DNA of 64,000 nucleotides from Candidatus Saccharimonadota bacterium (GCA_017432225.1 JAFRJN010000004.1:42201-106200), one strand, 5' to 3'. Shown: positions 26,673-37,432, counted from the stretch's first letter. Notes: generated by a model from the sequence alone, not told the origin. A program made the numbers and translations.

Positions 26673-28503
26673 AAAAACTAAAAAAACTAGTACTACTAAA
26701 ACAAAGTCACAGGCGGTGGGACTGGAGGCTTTTGGGGCCATAGTAAAACAATTTTTAAAGCATAACTATATTTATATAATCATGATTCTTTTAGTAGTAG
26801 CGAGGATTGGACTTGGTTATGCGATGGGCGGTTGGTATGGCATTAGCGAGACTTACGATGACGTAGCGATGATGCAGGGGCTGTCACTTAAACGGTTAAT
26901 TGAGCCAACTAATTTAGCGTTGATTAAAGATTTGAGTTTTTCGTTATTTTTGGGATTCTCGGCTATTTCTGGCTTGCCTTACACAGTGGTGTTGTCTGGA
27001 TTTTGGGTTTTGACAGCATTTACGGCTTGGCTTTTGACTGGCAAAGTGACAAAAAATAAATGGGTGCGACTTTTTGTCTTTGCTTATGTGCTATTTCTTC
27101 CAATTGCCTTTACCTCGTGGGGAGGACTTCGAATATATCGTAATGCAATAATTGCGCCATGTATAATATTGACATTCTGTTTGGCACTGATATTGGTAAT
27201 AAATCTGGTGCGACAAGAAAAAATGAAAAAGACAATTTGGGCGGCGGTATTTACAGGAATTTCCTTTGCATTTACATATTTTCTGAAAGAGGATGGGCTA
27301 TGGTTGAAAGCTTGTATGTTAGTGATTTTGCTAGTATGTCTCGGAATAATTGGCTATCGATTATTTAAGAAAAAGGTTAAAGGAAAGTTTGAAATTAAAA
27401 AGGCCGTTTCTTGGACTTTGGTCTGCCTAATTCCGTTTGCGGTGCTATTTGTGTGGGACAATGTGTACAGGGGCGTGAACTATGCGTTTTTTGGAGTTTA
27501 TGAAATTAACACGCGGACTGAAGGCGAGTTGGGTAGATTTGTAGAAAATATTTACAAGATTGATTCGCCAAATCGGAGTGAAGTGGTGTGGGCGCCATAT
27601 GATGTAATCGAAAAAGCCTTTGAAGTTTCGCCGACACTAGCAGCGCATCCGGAACTTTTGGATGAGATTATGAATACTGGATGGAATGAAGGCGGAATTA
27701 AGGAAAATCCAATTAAGTATGATTTTTTGGGTTGGGTGATGCGGTCGGAACTTGTGGATGCGAGTCTTTGGACTTCGGAAAAAGATGTAAATGACATGTT
27801 TAAACAAGTGAATATTGAACTGGAACAGGCGTTTAAGGATGGTACGCTTAAGAAAGCCGAAGGTAGGTTGCAGCTTTTGGCCTCGACCGGTGGGTATAGT
27901 TTGGAGGAAATCATGAATAGTAATTTGCTAGAGCAAGTAAGGATGTCGTTTGAGGATGCAAATTGGTTTTTGAATTACACGATAGGGTTTGGTGATACTG
28001 AACTAGCCTATGGGACAAAAGGTTTGGAATGGGACTATACCAAAGTAAATAAAGTACTACACATGGATGGAGATATAAATGTGACAGAAGGCAGAGAAGT
28101 TCCGGTTGCGGTGGTGAATGTTATAATGATAGTTTATCGGGTTGTGAATACGGGTCTATTAATAGTGACGATTGCCCTTCCGATCTGGCTGATTATAAAA
28201 TTATTTAGGACAAAGGAACGTAAGCAATATGTTAGAGATGATGGCATGGCGATTTGCTGCGCGATTGTCGGGCTAGCGTTTTTGGGGGTGACTTTGGTGT
28301 ATAGTTTTGCGACAGCTTGGTTTTTTATAATGCCACTTGATGAGGCGGCGTATTTTACTGATGGGTTCGTGTTTTATCGAGTGGGAGTGCCGGGGTTACT
28401 AACGATGGCTTATTTGCCGATGGCGGTAGGTTGTAGTATAATATCTGTATGGCAAAAGAAGAAAGTTCAGAAGAATACATCCGTGCGCTTGAAGAAGAAT
28501 TAA
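26656..28503 (+). CDS. Polytopic membrane protein, GT-C-like (paralog B)
   Basis: 615 aa. Same architecture as the 20277-21998 product. Acidic ETYDD after TM1. Shared blocks such as [15 protein letters not shown] versus QLIYRNMLIIPQSVL. Confidence 0.6.
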   Translation: MKTVNKKTKKTSTTKTKSQAVGLEAFGAIVKQFLKHNYIYIIMILLVVARIGLGYAMGGWYGISETYDDVAMMQGLSLKRLIEPTNLALIKDLSFSLFLGFSAISGLPYTVVLSGFWVLTAFTAWLLTGKVTKNKWVRLFVFAYVLFLPIAFTSWGGLRIYRNAIIAPCIILTFCLALILVINLVRQEKMKKTIWAAVFTGISFAFTYFLKEDGLWLKACMLVILLVCLGIIGYRLFKKKVKGKFEIKKAVSWTLVCLIPFAVLFVWDNVYRGVNYAFFGVYEINTRTEGELGRFVENIYKIDSPNRSEVVWAPYDVIEKAFEVSPTLAAHPELLDEIMNTGWNEGGIKENPIKYDFLGWVMRSELVDASLWTSEKDVNDMFKQVNIELEQAFKDGTLKKAEGRLQLLASTGGYSLEEIMNSNLLEQVRMSFEDANWFLNYTIGFGDTELAYGTKGLEWDYTKVNKVLHMDGDINVTEGREVPVAVVNVIMIVYRVVNTGLLIVTIALPIWLIIKLFRTKERKQYVRDDGMAICCAIVGLAFLGVTLVYSFATAWFFIMPLDEAAYFTDGFVFYRVGVPGLLTMAYLPMAVGCSIISVWQKKKVQKNTSVRLKKN

Positions 28504-29879
28504 TGGCTTCGATAGAACGGGAAGAGAAACTCAGTAATGAAGATTTGAAAATCCGTCCGTTTGTGATGCAAAAAATCAAAAGGACGAAACTATATAAAAA
28601 CGTGATTTCCGATCCGGACAGTAAATCGGGGAAGCTGGCTAGAGCTCCGAGGACAATCTATAGGATGATTAGAAACCCAGAAGTTAGAAAAAGTTTATTG
28701 CAAAAAAAAACGGCAAACGGGAAAATAATTGAAGCCGAAAAAGTAAATTCTTTGGAGCCGTGGACGGTAAGCTTAAAGACACGGAAAAAAATTGCTCGTG
28801 AAAGTTTGAAAGATGGCCGAAAATTGGTGCTTTATTTTGTGGATAAGCCGGATAGTTCGACATTTAGGTATCGTTGTTATAATACTTTTCAGGCGACTCT
28901 TAAGAGCAAAAAGTGGCAGGCGGTTTACTTTTTTCGAGATGAAGTAAAAACTTTTGAGGAACTGCTTTCCAAAAGTAGTCTGGTAATAATGGGGCGACAG
29001 TCTGGGCAGACTAAAATCGTGGAGAAAATAGTAGAACTTGCACATAAAAATAAGATTAAAGTGGGTCTAGACGTAGATGATTTGGTATTCGATATGAAAT
29101 ATCTCGATTTGATGTTAGACGCAATTGGCGAGAAAACAAACAAGAGCTATTGGGCGGGGTATTGTGCTGGCGTACAAGCAATAGCAAAACAAATGGATTT
29201 CTTTGTTACGACAAATAAATTTTTGATGGACAAAATAAAAAAATCATACAATAAGCCGTGTGTGGTAATAAGAAATTCTCTAAATCAAGAACAAGTTGAC
29301 GCGTCTTTGGCATATACTCGACTGCATAAAAAACATGATGGATTTAAAATCGGGTATTTTTCGGGGTCGCCGACACATGCGAAGGATTTTGCGGTGGCGG
29401 AGCCGGAGGTGATTAGATTTTTGGAAGAGCATGACGACGCGACTTTGAATGTGGTAGGGTATATGCGATTTTCTAAGAAAGCGGAGAAGTTGGCGGATAA
29501 GAAAAAAATAAAGTTCCTCCCGATGGTGGACTTTAGAAAGCTGCAAAGACTGATGGCGGAAGTGGATGTGAATATTGCGCCGCTACAGGTGAATGATTTT
29601 ACGAATTGTAAATCGGAGCTGAAATTCTTTGAGGCGGCGGCGGTGGAGACGACGACGATTGCCTCGCCGACCTATACCTTCTCGCGTGCGATTACTGATG
29701 GCGAGAATGGGTTTTTGGCCAAGCCGGGGGAGTGGTATGATAAGCTAGAATATTTATATAAGAATCCATCTGAAAATATTAAAATTGCGAAGGCGGCGAG
29801 GAAGTATGCGCTTGAGAACTATTATGGTGAGAAATTCTTAAAAGAGGTGGAAGAAGCGTACGATTCTTTCATGGTATAA
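28449..29879 (+). CDS. Glycosyltransferase, GT-B fold (group 1-like C-terminal domain)
   Basis: C-terminal ELKFFEAAAVETTTIASPTYTFSRAITDGENGFL. TATAAT 6 nt upstream of ATG 28449. An alternative start at 28503 is possible. Confidence 0.7.
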   Translation: MAKEESSEEYIRALEEELMASIEREEKLSNEDLKIRPFVMQKIKRTKLYKNVISDPDSKSGKLARAPRTIYRMIRNPEVRKSLLQKKTANGKIIEAEKVNSLEPWTVSLKTRKKIARESLKDGRKLVLYFVDKPDSSTFRYRCYNTFQATLKSKKWQAVYFFRDEVKTFEELLSKSSLVIMGRQSGQTKIVEKIVELAHKNKIKVGLDVDDLVFDMKYLDLMLDAIGEKTNKSYWAGYCAGVQAIAKQMDFFVTTNKFLMDKIKKSYNKPCVVIRNSLNQEQVDASLAYTRLHKKHDGFKIGYFSGSPTHAKDFAVAEPEVIRFLEEHDDATLNVVGYMRFSKKAEKLADKKKIKFLPMVDFRKLQRLMAEVDVNIAPLQVNDFTNCKSELKFFEAAAVETTTIASPTYTFSRAITDGENGFLAKPGEWYDKLEYLYKNPSENIKIAKAARKYALENYYGEKFLKEVEEAYDSFMV

Positions 29880-29886
29880 TGAATGT

Positions 29887-30813
29887 ATGAGTTTTTCGGA
29901 TAGAGAAAAAAGAATGGAAGAAATGGCTGCTCGGAAGAATGGAGTGAATGGAGTGTCGAGGAGGAATGCTAAGAAGATTTCGGTGATTGTGCCGAATTAT
30001 AATTATGCAAGGTATCTAAAATGGCGGATCCTATCGATCGCGAAGCAGACTTATCCGATTTATGAAATGATAGTACTTGACGATGCGTCGCGTGATGGGT
30101 CGAAGACGATGATCAAAAAACTAGTGGCGGAAGCGAAGCAAATAAACCCAGAGATGCGGGTGAAAATGATTTTTAATAAAACGAATTCCGGCAAGGCAAT
30201 TTCGCAGTGGATTAGGGGAGTGGAAGAAGCGAGCGGTGATTACATTTGGATTGCGGAGGCGGATGATGTCTCTCGTAAAGATTTCTTGATGGAAGTGATG
30301 AAAGGATTTGCGGCGGACGAGGAAGTGGCGGTGGCGTATTCGGAATCGGCGATTATCAATAAATACGGAATACTTCTGACTCCGAATTTTCGGAAGTCGC
30401 GTGATAAAGAGGGGACGGGACACTTTAACAAAAGTTATATCCGGCCAGGGCAAAAAGAAATTGAAGAAATTATGGCGATACGATGCACGATTCCAAACGT
30501 CTCGGCGGTGGTGTTTAAAAATACTGTGAAATTTAAACGGGCTCTAAAGGAAGCGCTCAAATTTGAACAGGTGGGGGACTGGTATCTGTATGCTAAACTG
30601 CTAGAAGACGGGAAGATTTTTTATAATAAAAGATCGATGAACCTTTTTCGCGTGCATAAGGAGAGTGCGACGAAGCGGGGTAAAGAGCACGTGGATGAAG
30701 TGAAAAAAATGCATAAATATTTCCAGGATAATTATGAGCTAGACGCGAAAGTGCGAAAGTGGATGGAGCTGGAACTTCAACGGACTAGAGTGAAGTATGG
30801 TATAATAGAATAA
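29887..30813 (+). CDS. Glycosyltransferase family 2
   Basis: ISVIVPNYNYARYL...MIVLDDASRDGS GT-A signature. Confidence 0.85.
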   Translation: MSFSDREKRMEEMAARKNGVNGVSRRNAKKISVIVPNYNYARYLKWRILSIAKQTYPIYEMIVLDDASRDGSKTMIKKLVAEAKQINPEMRVKMIFNKTNSGKAISQWIRGVEEASGDYIWIAEADDVSRKDFLMEVMKGFAADEEVAVAYSESAIINKYGILLTPNFRKSRDKEGTGHFNKSYIRPGQKEIEEIMAIRCTIPNVSAVVFKNTVKFKRALKEALKFEQVGDWYLYAKLLEDGKIFYNKRSMNLFRVHKESATKRGKEHVDEVKKMHKYFQDNYELDAKVRKWMELELQRTRVKYGIIE

Positions 30814-30834
30814 ATAATTGGAGTTATTTATTCT

Positions 30835-31719
30835 ATGAAAGGAATTATTCTTGCGGGGGGATCTGGGACTAGGCTTTATCCTTTGACGCTGGGGACATCG
30901 AAACAGATGCTACCGGTGTATGACAAACCGATGATTTATTATCCTTTGACGACTTTGATGTTGGCGGGAATTCGGGAAATTTTGATTATTTCGACGCCGG
31001 ATGATTTGCCGAACTTTGAGAGGCTACTTGGGGATGGTTCTAATATGGGATTGCAACTTTCGTATAAAGTGCAGCCTTCTCCGGACGGGCTGGCGCAGGC
31101 GTTTATCCTAGGCGAAGAGTTTATCGGTGGTGAGCCGTGCGCGATGATACTAGGCGATAATATTTTCTATGGGTCGGGATTTAATGCGACACTCAAAAAT
31201 GCTGTTTCTAATGCGGAAAATGGTCGGGCGACGGTGTTTGGCTACTATGTGAATGACCCGGAGAGATTTGGTGTGGTGGAGTTTGACTCCAACTGGCATG
31301 CGATTTCGATTGAAGAAAAACCGCTTGAACCGAAGAGTAATTATGCGGTGACGGGACTGTATTTCTATCCTGGGGATGTTTCTAATCGAGCTTCGCAAGT
31401 GGTACCGTCGGATAGAGGGGAGCTTGAGATTACTTCGCTCAACGAAATGTACCTTTCGGATGGACTTCTCGATGTGCAACTACTCTCGCGCGGGTTTGCG
31501 TGGTTGGATACGGGGACGATTGACTCGCTGTCGGATGCGTCGGATTTTGTGAGGGTGGTGCAAAAGCGGCAGGGGGTGCAGATCGCAGCACCGGAAGAGA
31601 TTGCATTTAAAAACGGTTGGATTTCTAAAGATGTTTTACTCTCTGCTGCGGAAAAGTATAAGAAGACTACTTATGGTCAGCATCTTTTAAGGGTGGCTGA
31701 AGGAAGGATGATGGATTAA
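30835..31719 (+). CDS. rfbA: Glucose-1-phosphate thymidylyltransferase
   Basis: [18 protein letters not shown]...[17 protein letters not shown] is the canonical RmlA N-terminus. Confidence 0.95.
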   Translation: MKGIILAGGSGTRLYPLTLGTSKQMLPVYDKPMIYYPLTTLMLAGIREILIISTPDDLPNFERLLGDGSNMGLQLSYKVQPSPDGLAQAFILGEEFIGGEPCAMILGDNIFYGSGFNATLKNAVSNAENGRATVFGYYVNDPERFGVVEFDSNWHAISIEEKPLEPKSNYAVTGLYFYPGDVSNRASQVVPSDRGELEITSLNEMYLSDGLLDVQLLSRGFAWLDTGTIDSLSDASDFVRVVQKRQGVQIAAPEEIAFKNGWISKDVLLSAAEKYKKTTYGQHLLRVAEGRMMD

Positions 31720-32273
31720 TGGGAAAGTTTAAATTTAATCCGACGGCGATTGAGGGTATGTATGTAGTAGAGCCGCAAGTCTTTGGCGATGAGCGGGGGT
31801 ATTTTATGGAAACCTATTCGGCGGAGGAGTTTAAAGAGGCGGGGCTTGATTATGATTTTGTGCAGGATAATCAATCGTCTTCTAGAAAAGGAGTATTGCG
31901 CGGGCTCCATTTTCAGAAAACTTATCCGCAGGCAAAACTAGTGCGGGCAATCTCAGGCGAAGTGTTTGATGTGGCAGTGGATCTTCGTGCGGGGTCGCCG
32001 ACTTATGGTAAATGGGTCGGGGAACTACTCTCGGCGGAAAATCATAAGCAGCTAATGATACCACGAGGATTTGCGCATGGATTCCTGGTAGTGTCGGACA
32101 CGGCGGAGTTTGTGTATAAATGTGATGACATATATCATCCAGAAGATGAAGGCGGGGTAATGTATGATTCCTGCGGGATTGAGTGGCCGGAAGTAGATGT
32201 GGAACTAACTTTGTCAGAAAAGGATTTGAAACATCCAAGGCTCGAAGATTTAGATTTTAAGTTTAATTTATAA
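31719..32273 (+). CDS. rfbC: dTDP-4-dehydrorhamnose 3,5-epimerase
   Basis: VFGDERGYFMETY...LRGLHFQ...QAKLVR motifs of RmlC. Confidence 0.95.
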   Translation: MGKFKFNPTAIEGMYVVEPQVFGDERGYFMETYSAEEFKEAGLDYDFVQDNQSSSRKGVLRGLHFQKTYPQAKLVRAISGEVFDVAVDLRAGSPTYGKWVGELLSAENHKQLMIPRGFAHGFLVVSDTAEFVYKCDDIYHPEDEGGVMYDSCGIEWPEVDVELTLSEKDLKHPRLEDLDFKFNL

Positions 32274-32284
32274 AAAGGAGGAAA

Positions 32285-33322
32285 ATGGAAGACAAAAAAA
32301 CAATTATTGTGACAGGCGGGGCAGGATTTATCGGCTCGAACTTTGTGTATTATATGCTGAAGAAATATCCGTTCTATCGGATTGTGTGTCTTGACGCATT
32401 GACCTATGCGGGAAATTTGTCGACACTAGAAAAGGCGATTGAGACTCACCCGGATAATTTCCGATTTGTGAAGGGTGATATTCGCGATGCGGATTTGGTA
32501 GAAAATCTATTTGTAGAAGAAAAGCCAGATATTGTGGTAAACTTTGCAGCGGAGTCGCATGTGGACAGATCAATTCTGAATCCACAGGAATTTTTGGAAA
32601 CTAATATCATGGGGCCACAAGTATTGATGGATGCCTGCCGAAAACATGGCGTGGCTAGGTATCATCAAGTTTCGACAGATGAAGTGTATGGGGATTTGCC
32701 GCTAGACAGGCCGGACCTCTTCTTTACGGAGAATACTAATTTACACGCATCTTCACCATATTCGGCGTCGAAAGCTTCGGCGGACCTCGTGGTGATGGCA
32801 TACCATCGGACCTATGGACTACCAGTCTCGATCTCGCGCTGCTCTAACAACTATGGACCGTATCATTTCCCGGAGAAATTAATTCCACTGATGATTATCA
32901 ATGCTCTAAATGATAAACCTTTGCCGGTGTACGGTGATGGGCTAAATGTGCGCGACTGGCTGTATGTGGAAGATCACTGTAAAGCGATCGACATGATTAT
33001 TCACGGAGACTGCGTAGGCGAAGTATATAATGTGGGTGGACATAACGAGAAATCAAACATCGAAATTGTAAAGCTGATTTTGAAAGAGCTAGGTAAGCCG
33101 GAAAGTCTGATCACCTTTGTGGAAGATAGAAAAGGACACGATAGGAGATATGCGATTGACCCGTCGAAAATTTCTCGGGAGCTAGGCTGGGAGCCAGAAA
33201 CGAAATTTGAAAATGGGATTGTAAAAACAATTCAATGGTATCTCGATCACAAAGATTGGTGGGAAGAAATTATTTCCGGTGAATACCAAAATTATTATAA
33301 CAAAATGTATGGGGGGAAATAA
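32285..33322 (+). CDS. rfbB: dTDP-glucose 4,6-dehydratase
   Basis: GGAGFIGSNF, YSASKASAD. AGGAGG SD upstream. Confidence 0.95.
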   Translation: MEDKKTIIVTGGAGFIGSNFVYYMLKKYPFYRIVCLDALTYAGNLSTLEKAIETHPDNFRFVKGDIRDADLVENLFVEEKPDIVVNFAAESHVDRSILNPQEFLETNIMGPQVLMDACRKHGVARYHQVSTDEVYGDLPLDRPDLFFTENTNLHASSPYSASKASADLVVMAYHRTYGLPVSISRCSNNYGPYHFPEKLIPLMIINALNDKPLPVYGDGLNVRDWLYVEDHCKAIDMIIHGDCVGEVYNVGGHNEKSNIEIVKLILKELGKPESLITFVEDRKGHDRRYAIDPSKISRELGWEPETKFENGIVKTIQWYLDHKDWWEEIISGEYQNYYNKMYGGK

Positions 33323-34216
33323 ATGAAAGTACTAGTAACGGGAACTTCGGGACAGCTTGGTTATGATGTGATGATGGAGCTCTTGAAGCGGGGACATGAA
33401 GCGATCGGTGCGGATAGACACGAGTCGGAAGCGGAATTTGAACATGTGATTCTTGACATCACGGATGCGGAGAGAGTGTCGGAAGTGGTGAAGGAAATTC
33501 ATCCAGATGCAATCATTCACTGTGCGGCGTGGACAAATGTAGACGGGGCGGAAGACCCAGCCAATTACGACAAGGTGATGGCGGTAAATGTGGAAGGGAC
33601 TGGTAATCTGGCGCGAGTGGCGAAAGAAATCGATGCCAAGATGATGTATATTTCTACGGACTATGTCTTTGATGGGCAGGGTGAAAAACCGTGGGAACCG
33701 GACGACAAAAACTATGCGCCGCTAAATGTCTATGGCGAGTCTAAACTGAAGGGCGAGCTGGAAGCTTCGGAGAATTTGGATAAATATTTCATCGTGAGAA
33801 TCGCGTGGGTGTTTGGCAAAAATGGCAACAACTTTATCAAGACGATGATAAAAGTGGGTGAGGGTCGCGACATGGTAGAGGTGGTAGCAGACCAAATTGG
33901 TACGCCGACCTATACGTTTGACCTTTCGCGACTGCTCGTCGATATGATTGAGACGGATAAATATGGGTATTACCATGCGACGAACGAAGGTGGATATATT
34001 TCTTGGGCGGAGTTTGCCGAGGAAATTTATAAAGATGCTGGAATGGATGTGGAAGTGAAAGCAGTGACGACCGCGGAGTACGAGGCTAAGGCGGGGAAGG
34101 CGGTAGCGAAGAGGCCGTTTAACTCTCGGCTAGATAAGGCTAAATTAGTGGAGAATGGGTTTAAGCCTTTGCCGGATTGGAAGGATGCGGTGAAGAAATA
34201 TATCGCGGAACTATAA
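33323..34216 (+). CDS. rfbD: dTDP-4-dehydrorhamnose reductase
   Basis: VTGTSGQLG N-terminus, YGESKLKGE catalytic motif. Last gene of the rfb block. Confidence 0.9.
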   Translation: MKVLVTGTSGQLGYDVMMELLKRGHEAIGADRHESEAEFEHVILDITDAERVSEVVKEIHPDAIIHCAAWTNVDGAEDPANYDKVMAVNVEGTGNLARVAKEIDAKMMYISTDYVFDGQGEKPWEPDDKNYAPLNVYGESKLKGELEASENLDKYFIVRIAWVFGKNGNNFIKTMIKVGEGRDMVEVVADQIGTPTYTFDLSRLLVDMIETDKYGYYHATNEGGYISWAEFAEEIYKDAGMDVEVKAVTTAEYEAKAGKAVAKRPFNSRLDKAKLVENGFKPLPDWKDAVKKYIAEL

Positions 34217-34230
34217 AAGCACTCAAGAAT

Positions 34231-34259
34231 AAAAGAGCCTGTAAAAGCGGGCTCTTTTT
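34231..34259. terminator. Bidirectional terminator between rfbD and the ABC exporter genes
   Basis: aaaagagcc-tgtaaaagc-gggctctttt hairpin with flanking A and T runs. Confidence 0.7.
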
Positions 34260-35001
34260 AATCCCAAAGTTTCTCGTAAGCGGTGGCGACTTCGTCTGGA
34301 CTGCCGTCTTTGACAATTTTGCCGTTTTCGATAAGGATGGCGCGAGTGCAATATTTACGGACATTTTCCATGGAGTGGGTGACGAGGATGACGGTCTGGT
34401 TGCCTTTGATGGCGGCGAAATAATCGTTACATTTTTTCTGAAATTCGGCGTCGCCGACGGCCAAAACTTCGTCGAGCAACAGGATGTCGCCTTTGGCGCG
34501 GATGGCAATAGAAAATGCCAAACGAACTTGCATACCAGAGCTGAAGTTCTTGAGCTTTTGATTCATAAACGGGCGAAGTTCGGCAAAGTCGACAATATCA
34601 TCGTACATGGCGTCCATTTCTTTGTTGGAAAAGCCAAGCAGGGCGCCGTTTAAATAAACGTTTTCATAACCGGTGAGGTCGGGGTTAAAACCGACGCCGA
34701 GCTCGATGAATGGAACGAGGGTGCCGTTGATTTCGAGCGAGCCCTTTTCGGGGAAGTAGATTTTGGCGAGAGTTTTGAGTAAGGTAGACTTACCTGAACC
34801 GTTGCGACCGACAATGCCAACAAACTCGTTTTGATAAATGTCGAAAGAGAGACCATTTAGGACTTTTTGCTCGGTGTAGCCTCGGATGCCTTTTAATCTA
34901 TTGAAGATAGCTTGCTTGAGGCCGCCGGCGCGCTCGGTAGGGAGCTTGAAACTTTTGTGCAAGTTCTTAACAGAAATAACAACTTTTGTATCGGCTTTCA
35001 T
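34258..35001 (-). CDS. Polysaccharide/teichoic-acid ABC exporter ATP-binding protein (Wzt/TagH-like)
   Basis: Walker A GRNGSGKSTLLK, signature FSSGMQVRLAF, Walker B LLLDEVL. Confidence 0.9.
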   Translation of the reverse strand: MKADTKVVISVKNLHKSFKLPTERAGGLKQAIFNRLKGIRGYTEQKVLNGLSFDIYQNEFVGIVGRNGSGKSTLLKTLAKIYFPEKGSLEINGTLVPFIELGVGFNPDLTGYENVYLNGALLGFSNKEMDAMYDDIVDFAELRPFMNQKLKNFSSGMQVRLAFSIAIRAKGDILLLDEVLAVGDAEFQKKCNDYFAAIKGNQTVILVTHSMENVRKYCTRAILIENGKIVKDGSPDEVATAYEKLWD

Positions 35002-35819
35002 TAGATTTCCTCCGCGAATTTTTTAGACTTTTTGCGGAAATACCAAGAGCCCCAGATGAGAACAATGACTACGATGGCGATAGGGACGAGTTTCCAGAAA
35101 AAATGCTCGGAACCGACGTAATTCCAAACGGTAATAGACTGATCGGTAACTAGACAGTAACGAATGTCTTGGATGATTTGAGCGATGGGATTCATAAGGA
35201 GAACTTTGGCGGCGGTCTCGGAAGTCTCGGCAATCATGGTGAGGGGGTAAATAATTGGAATGGCATAGAAAAGGGCCTGGATACAGACATCCCAAATGGA
35301 AGTGATGTCGCGGTATTTGACGTTAATAGCGCCAAGTAGGAAAGAAATGCCGAGAGCTAGGACGTATAATTCCAAGACTAAAACTGGTACGAGAAGCCAA
35401 GTCCAGGATGGGGTAATGCCGTTGATGAGGGCAAAAATAACGACTACGACGAGGTTGATTGCGAGATTGATAACGGCGGTGAGGGTGGCAGAAACTACGA
35501 CGATATATTTAGGAAAGCAGATTTTGCGGATTAACTCGCCGCGCTGAATGATGGCCTGAATGCCTTGATTGGTACATTCGGTGAAGAAGCTCCAAAGAGT
35601 AGTGCCGACCAAAAGATATACAGGATAATGAGGGATGCTATCGCCAAAACGCATAAGCTTGGTAAATACTATATATAATATAGCAAACATCATCAGTGGG
35701 CGAAGAAGTGCCCACAAGTATCCGAGGACAGAGCCTTGATAACGAAGCTTAAAATCTGTCTTGGTAAGCTCTTTTAGCAAAACTCGATTATTCTTGTATA
35801 GGAAATTAGGAATTGCCAT
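35001..35819 (-). CDS. ABC-2 type polysaccharide exporter permease (Wzm/TagG-like)
   Basis: 272 aa with six predicted TMs. One-nt stop/start overlap with the ATPase gene. Confidence 0.85.
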   Translation of the reverse strand: MAIPNFLYKNNRVLLKELTKTDFKLRYQGSVLGYLWALLRPLMMFAILYIVFTKLMRFGDSIPHYPVYLLVGTTLWSFFTECTNQGIQAIIQRGELIRKICFPKYIVVVSATLTAVINLAINLVVVVIFALINGITPSWTWLLVPVLVLELYVLALGISFLLGAINVKYRDITSIWDVCIQALFYAIPIIYPLTMIAETSETAAKVLLMNPIAQIIQDIRYCLVTDQSITVWNYVGSEHFFWKLVPIAIVVIVLIWGSWYFRKKSKKFAEEI

Positions 35820-35839
35820 ACGATATTATTTTACCATAA

Positions 35840-36841
35840 TTATTGATGATTTTCTAGGTAGGTGAGGGTGTCTCTTATGGCATCTTCGACGGTGAGGTGA
35901 GTTTGCCAGAGCAAGTCTTTTTTGGCTTTAGACGGATCGGCCCAAATTTCGGCGAGGTCGCCAGGGCGGCGTGGGGCGAATTTGTGAGGAAGCTTCTTAC
36001 CGCTGATTTTTTCGAAAGTATTGACGATTTCGAGGACGGAGGTCGGGGTACCAGTGCCGAGATTGTAGGCTTTGAAGCCGGGTGTTTTGACAGCGCGGAA
36101 GGCAGCTAAATGACCTCCAGCTAGGTCGGTAACGTGAATGAAATCGCGGCGACAAGTGCCATCAGGCGTGTCATAATCGTTGCCATAAATATTTAACTCC
36201 TTTAATTCGCCGCTCGCTACTTTCATAACGTAAGGCATGAGATTGTTGGGGATGCCATTAGGCTCTTCGCCGAGAAGCCCAGAAGGATGATTCCCGATAG
36301 GGTTGAAATAACGTAAAGCCACGGCAGAAAATTTGGGATCGGCGGCGCAGACATCTTTTAGAATTTCCTCGATCATGTATTTGGTGCGGCCGTAAGGATT
36401 GGCAATATTTTGGCCGGTCGGCATATCCTCGGTGCGTTTGGCGTTTTTGGAATCGCCATAGACGGTGGCAGAAGATGAAAAGATGATTTTGTTGACATGA
36501 CCGACTTGCATGGCTCGGAGTAAATTGATGGTGCCGGTGAGATTGTGTTGGTAATACATGATGGGTTTTTCGACAGATTCGCTGACGGATTTGAGCCCGG
36601 CAAAGTGGATAACTAAATTAAATCTGGTATCTTTGAAGATTTTTTCGATAGTACCGTAATTGATGAGGTTGGCGTGATGGAAAATCGGCATCTGGCCGGT
36701 GATTTTCCCGATGTTCTTTAACGCGGTAGTTTTGCTATTGATGAGGTTGTCGATGATGGTGACTTCGTGGCCGTTTTTAAGTAATTCGACAACTACGTGC
36801 GAACCGATATAGCCAGTGCCGCCGGTAACTAGGATTTTCAT
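35840..36841 (-). CDS. galE: UDP-glucose 4-epimerase
   Basis: GGTGYIGSH, YGRTKYMIE. 333 aa. Confidence 0.9.
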   Translation of the reverse strand: MKILVTGGTGYIGSHVVVELLKNGHEVTIIDNLINSKTTALKNIGKITGQMPIFHHANLINYGTIEKIFKDTRFNLVIHFAGLKSVSESVEKPIMYYQHNLTGTINLLRAMQVGHVNKIIFSSSATVYGDSKNAKRTEDMPTGQNIANPYGRTKYMIEEILKDVCAADPKFSAVALRYFNPIGNHPSGLLGEEPNGIPNNLMPYVMKVASGELKELNIYGNDYDTPDGTCRRDFIHVTDLAGGHLAAFRAVKTPGFKAYNLGTGTPTSVLEIVNTFEKISGKKLPHKFAPRRPGDLAEIWADPSKAKKDLLWQTHLTVEDAIRDTLTYLENHQ

Positions 36842-37395
36842 GCGTGCTCCTTTTCTGATTTTTCTGCTTTTTTAGGCTTTTTGGATTTACCGAAAACGAA
36901 TTTGTCGTAGAGCAAGAAATTCATAATCATAGTGACGGCGGTAGTAAGGACAAAAGCACCGGTCGTAAGGACAAACTCGTAGGAAAAATCTAGATGGAGA
37001 TTTTGGCAGATATTGTGGGCGAACTCGTAAAGAGGGGTAAAGAGGCTAAAAAATTGGGTGAGGCCAGGGCCGATAGGAAAGGTTAAAAGTAGGTTCCAAA
37101 TGAAAAATTTGTAAACCGCAGTTTTTGTTACGTGGCGCTCCTTCCAAGTGATTTTGGAATGCATAAGGTAGGCTACGATAGTGGTGATGAAAGTGGCGAT
37201 GGTGGTAGAGAGCCAAAGCAAATCGTTATTTTTGATAATAAGATTAGAAAGAATAGTATATAGAATGTAGTTAAAGACAGTTAGAAAAATGCCAACGAAA
37301 AGATAGCGAGTGGCATGCGTGGCAGTCTTGACGTCTGCCTTTGGGTCTGGATTTTCTAGAGTCTTTTCTTCGGTCTTATTTGAATCTGTATCCAT
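36838..37395 (-). CDS. GtrA-family membrane protein (putative polyprenyl-phosphate-sugar flippase)
   Basis: 185 aa, four TMs with GtrA-like spacing. ATGA overlap with galE. Confidence 0.7.
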   Translation of the reverse strand: MDTDSNKTEEKTLENPDPKADVKTATHATRYLFVGIFLTVFNYILYTILSNLIIKNNDLLWLSTTIATFITTIVAYLMHSKITWKERHVTKTAVYKFFIWNLLLTFPIGPGLTQFFSLFTPLYEFAHNICQNLHLDFSYEFVLTTGAFVLTTAVTMIMNFLLYDKFVFGKSKKPKKAEKSEKEHA

Positions 37396-37432
37396 GGGTA
37401 TTATTATATCACACCTGTGGTATAATAGGGGT
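37396..37432. promoter_or_regulatory. Divergent promoter pair, both -10 boxes 6-7 nt from a start codon
   Basis: Minus strand TGATATAAT (37411-37403), N7, then ATG 37395. Plus strand TGGTATAAT (37418-37426), N6, then ATG 37433. Confidence 0.6.

Noticed and set aside
34177-34653. 158-aa plus-strand ORF overlapping the ABC exporter ATPase gene
   Set aside because: It is antisense to a gene with complete Walker A, signature and Walker B motifs, and it has no motifs of its own.
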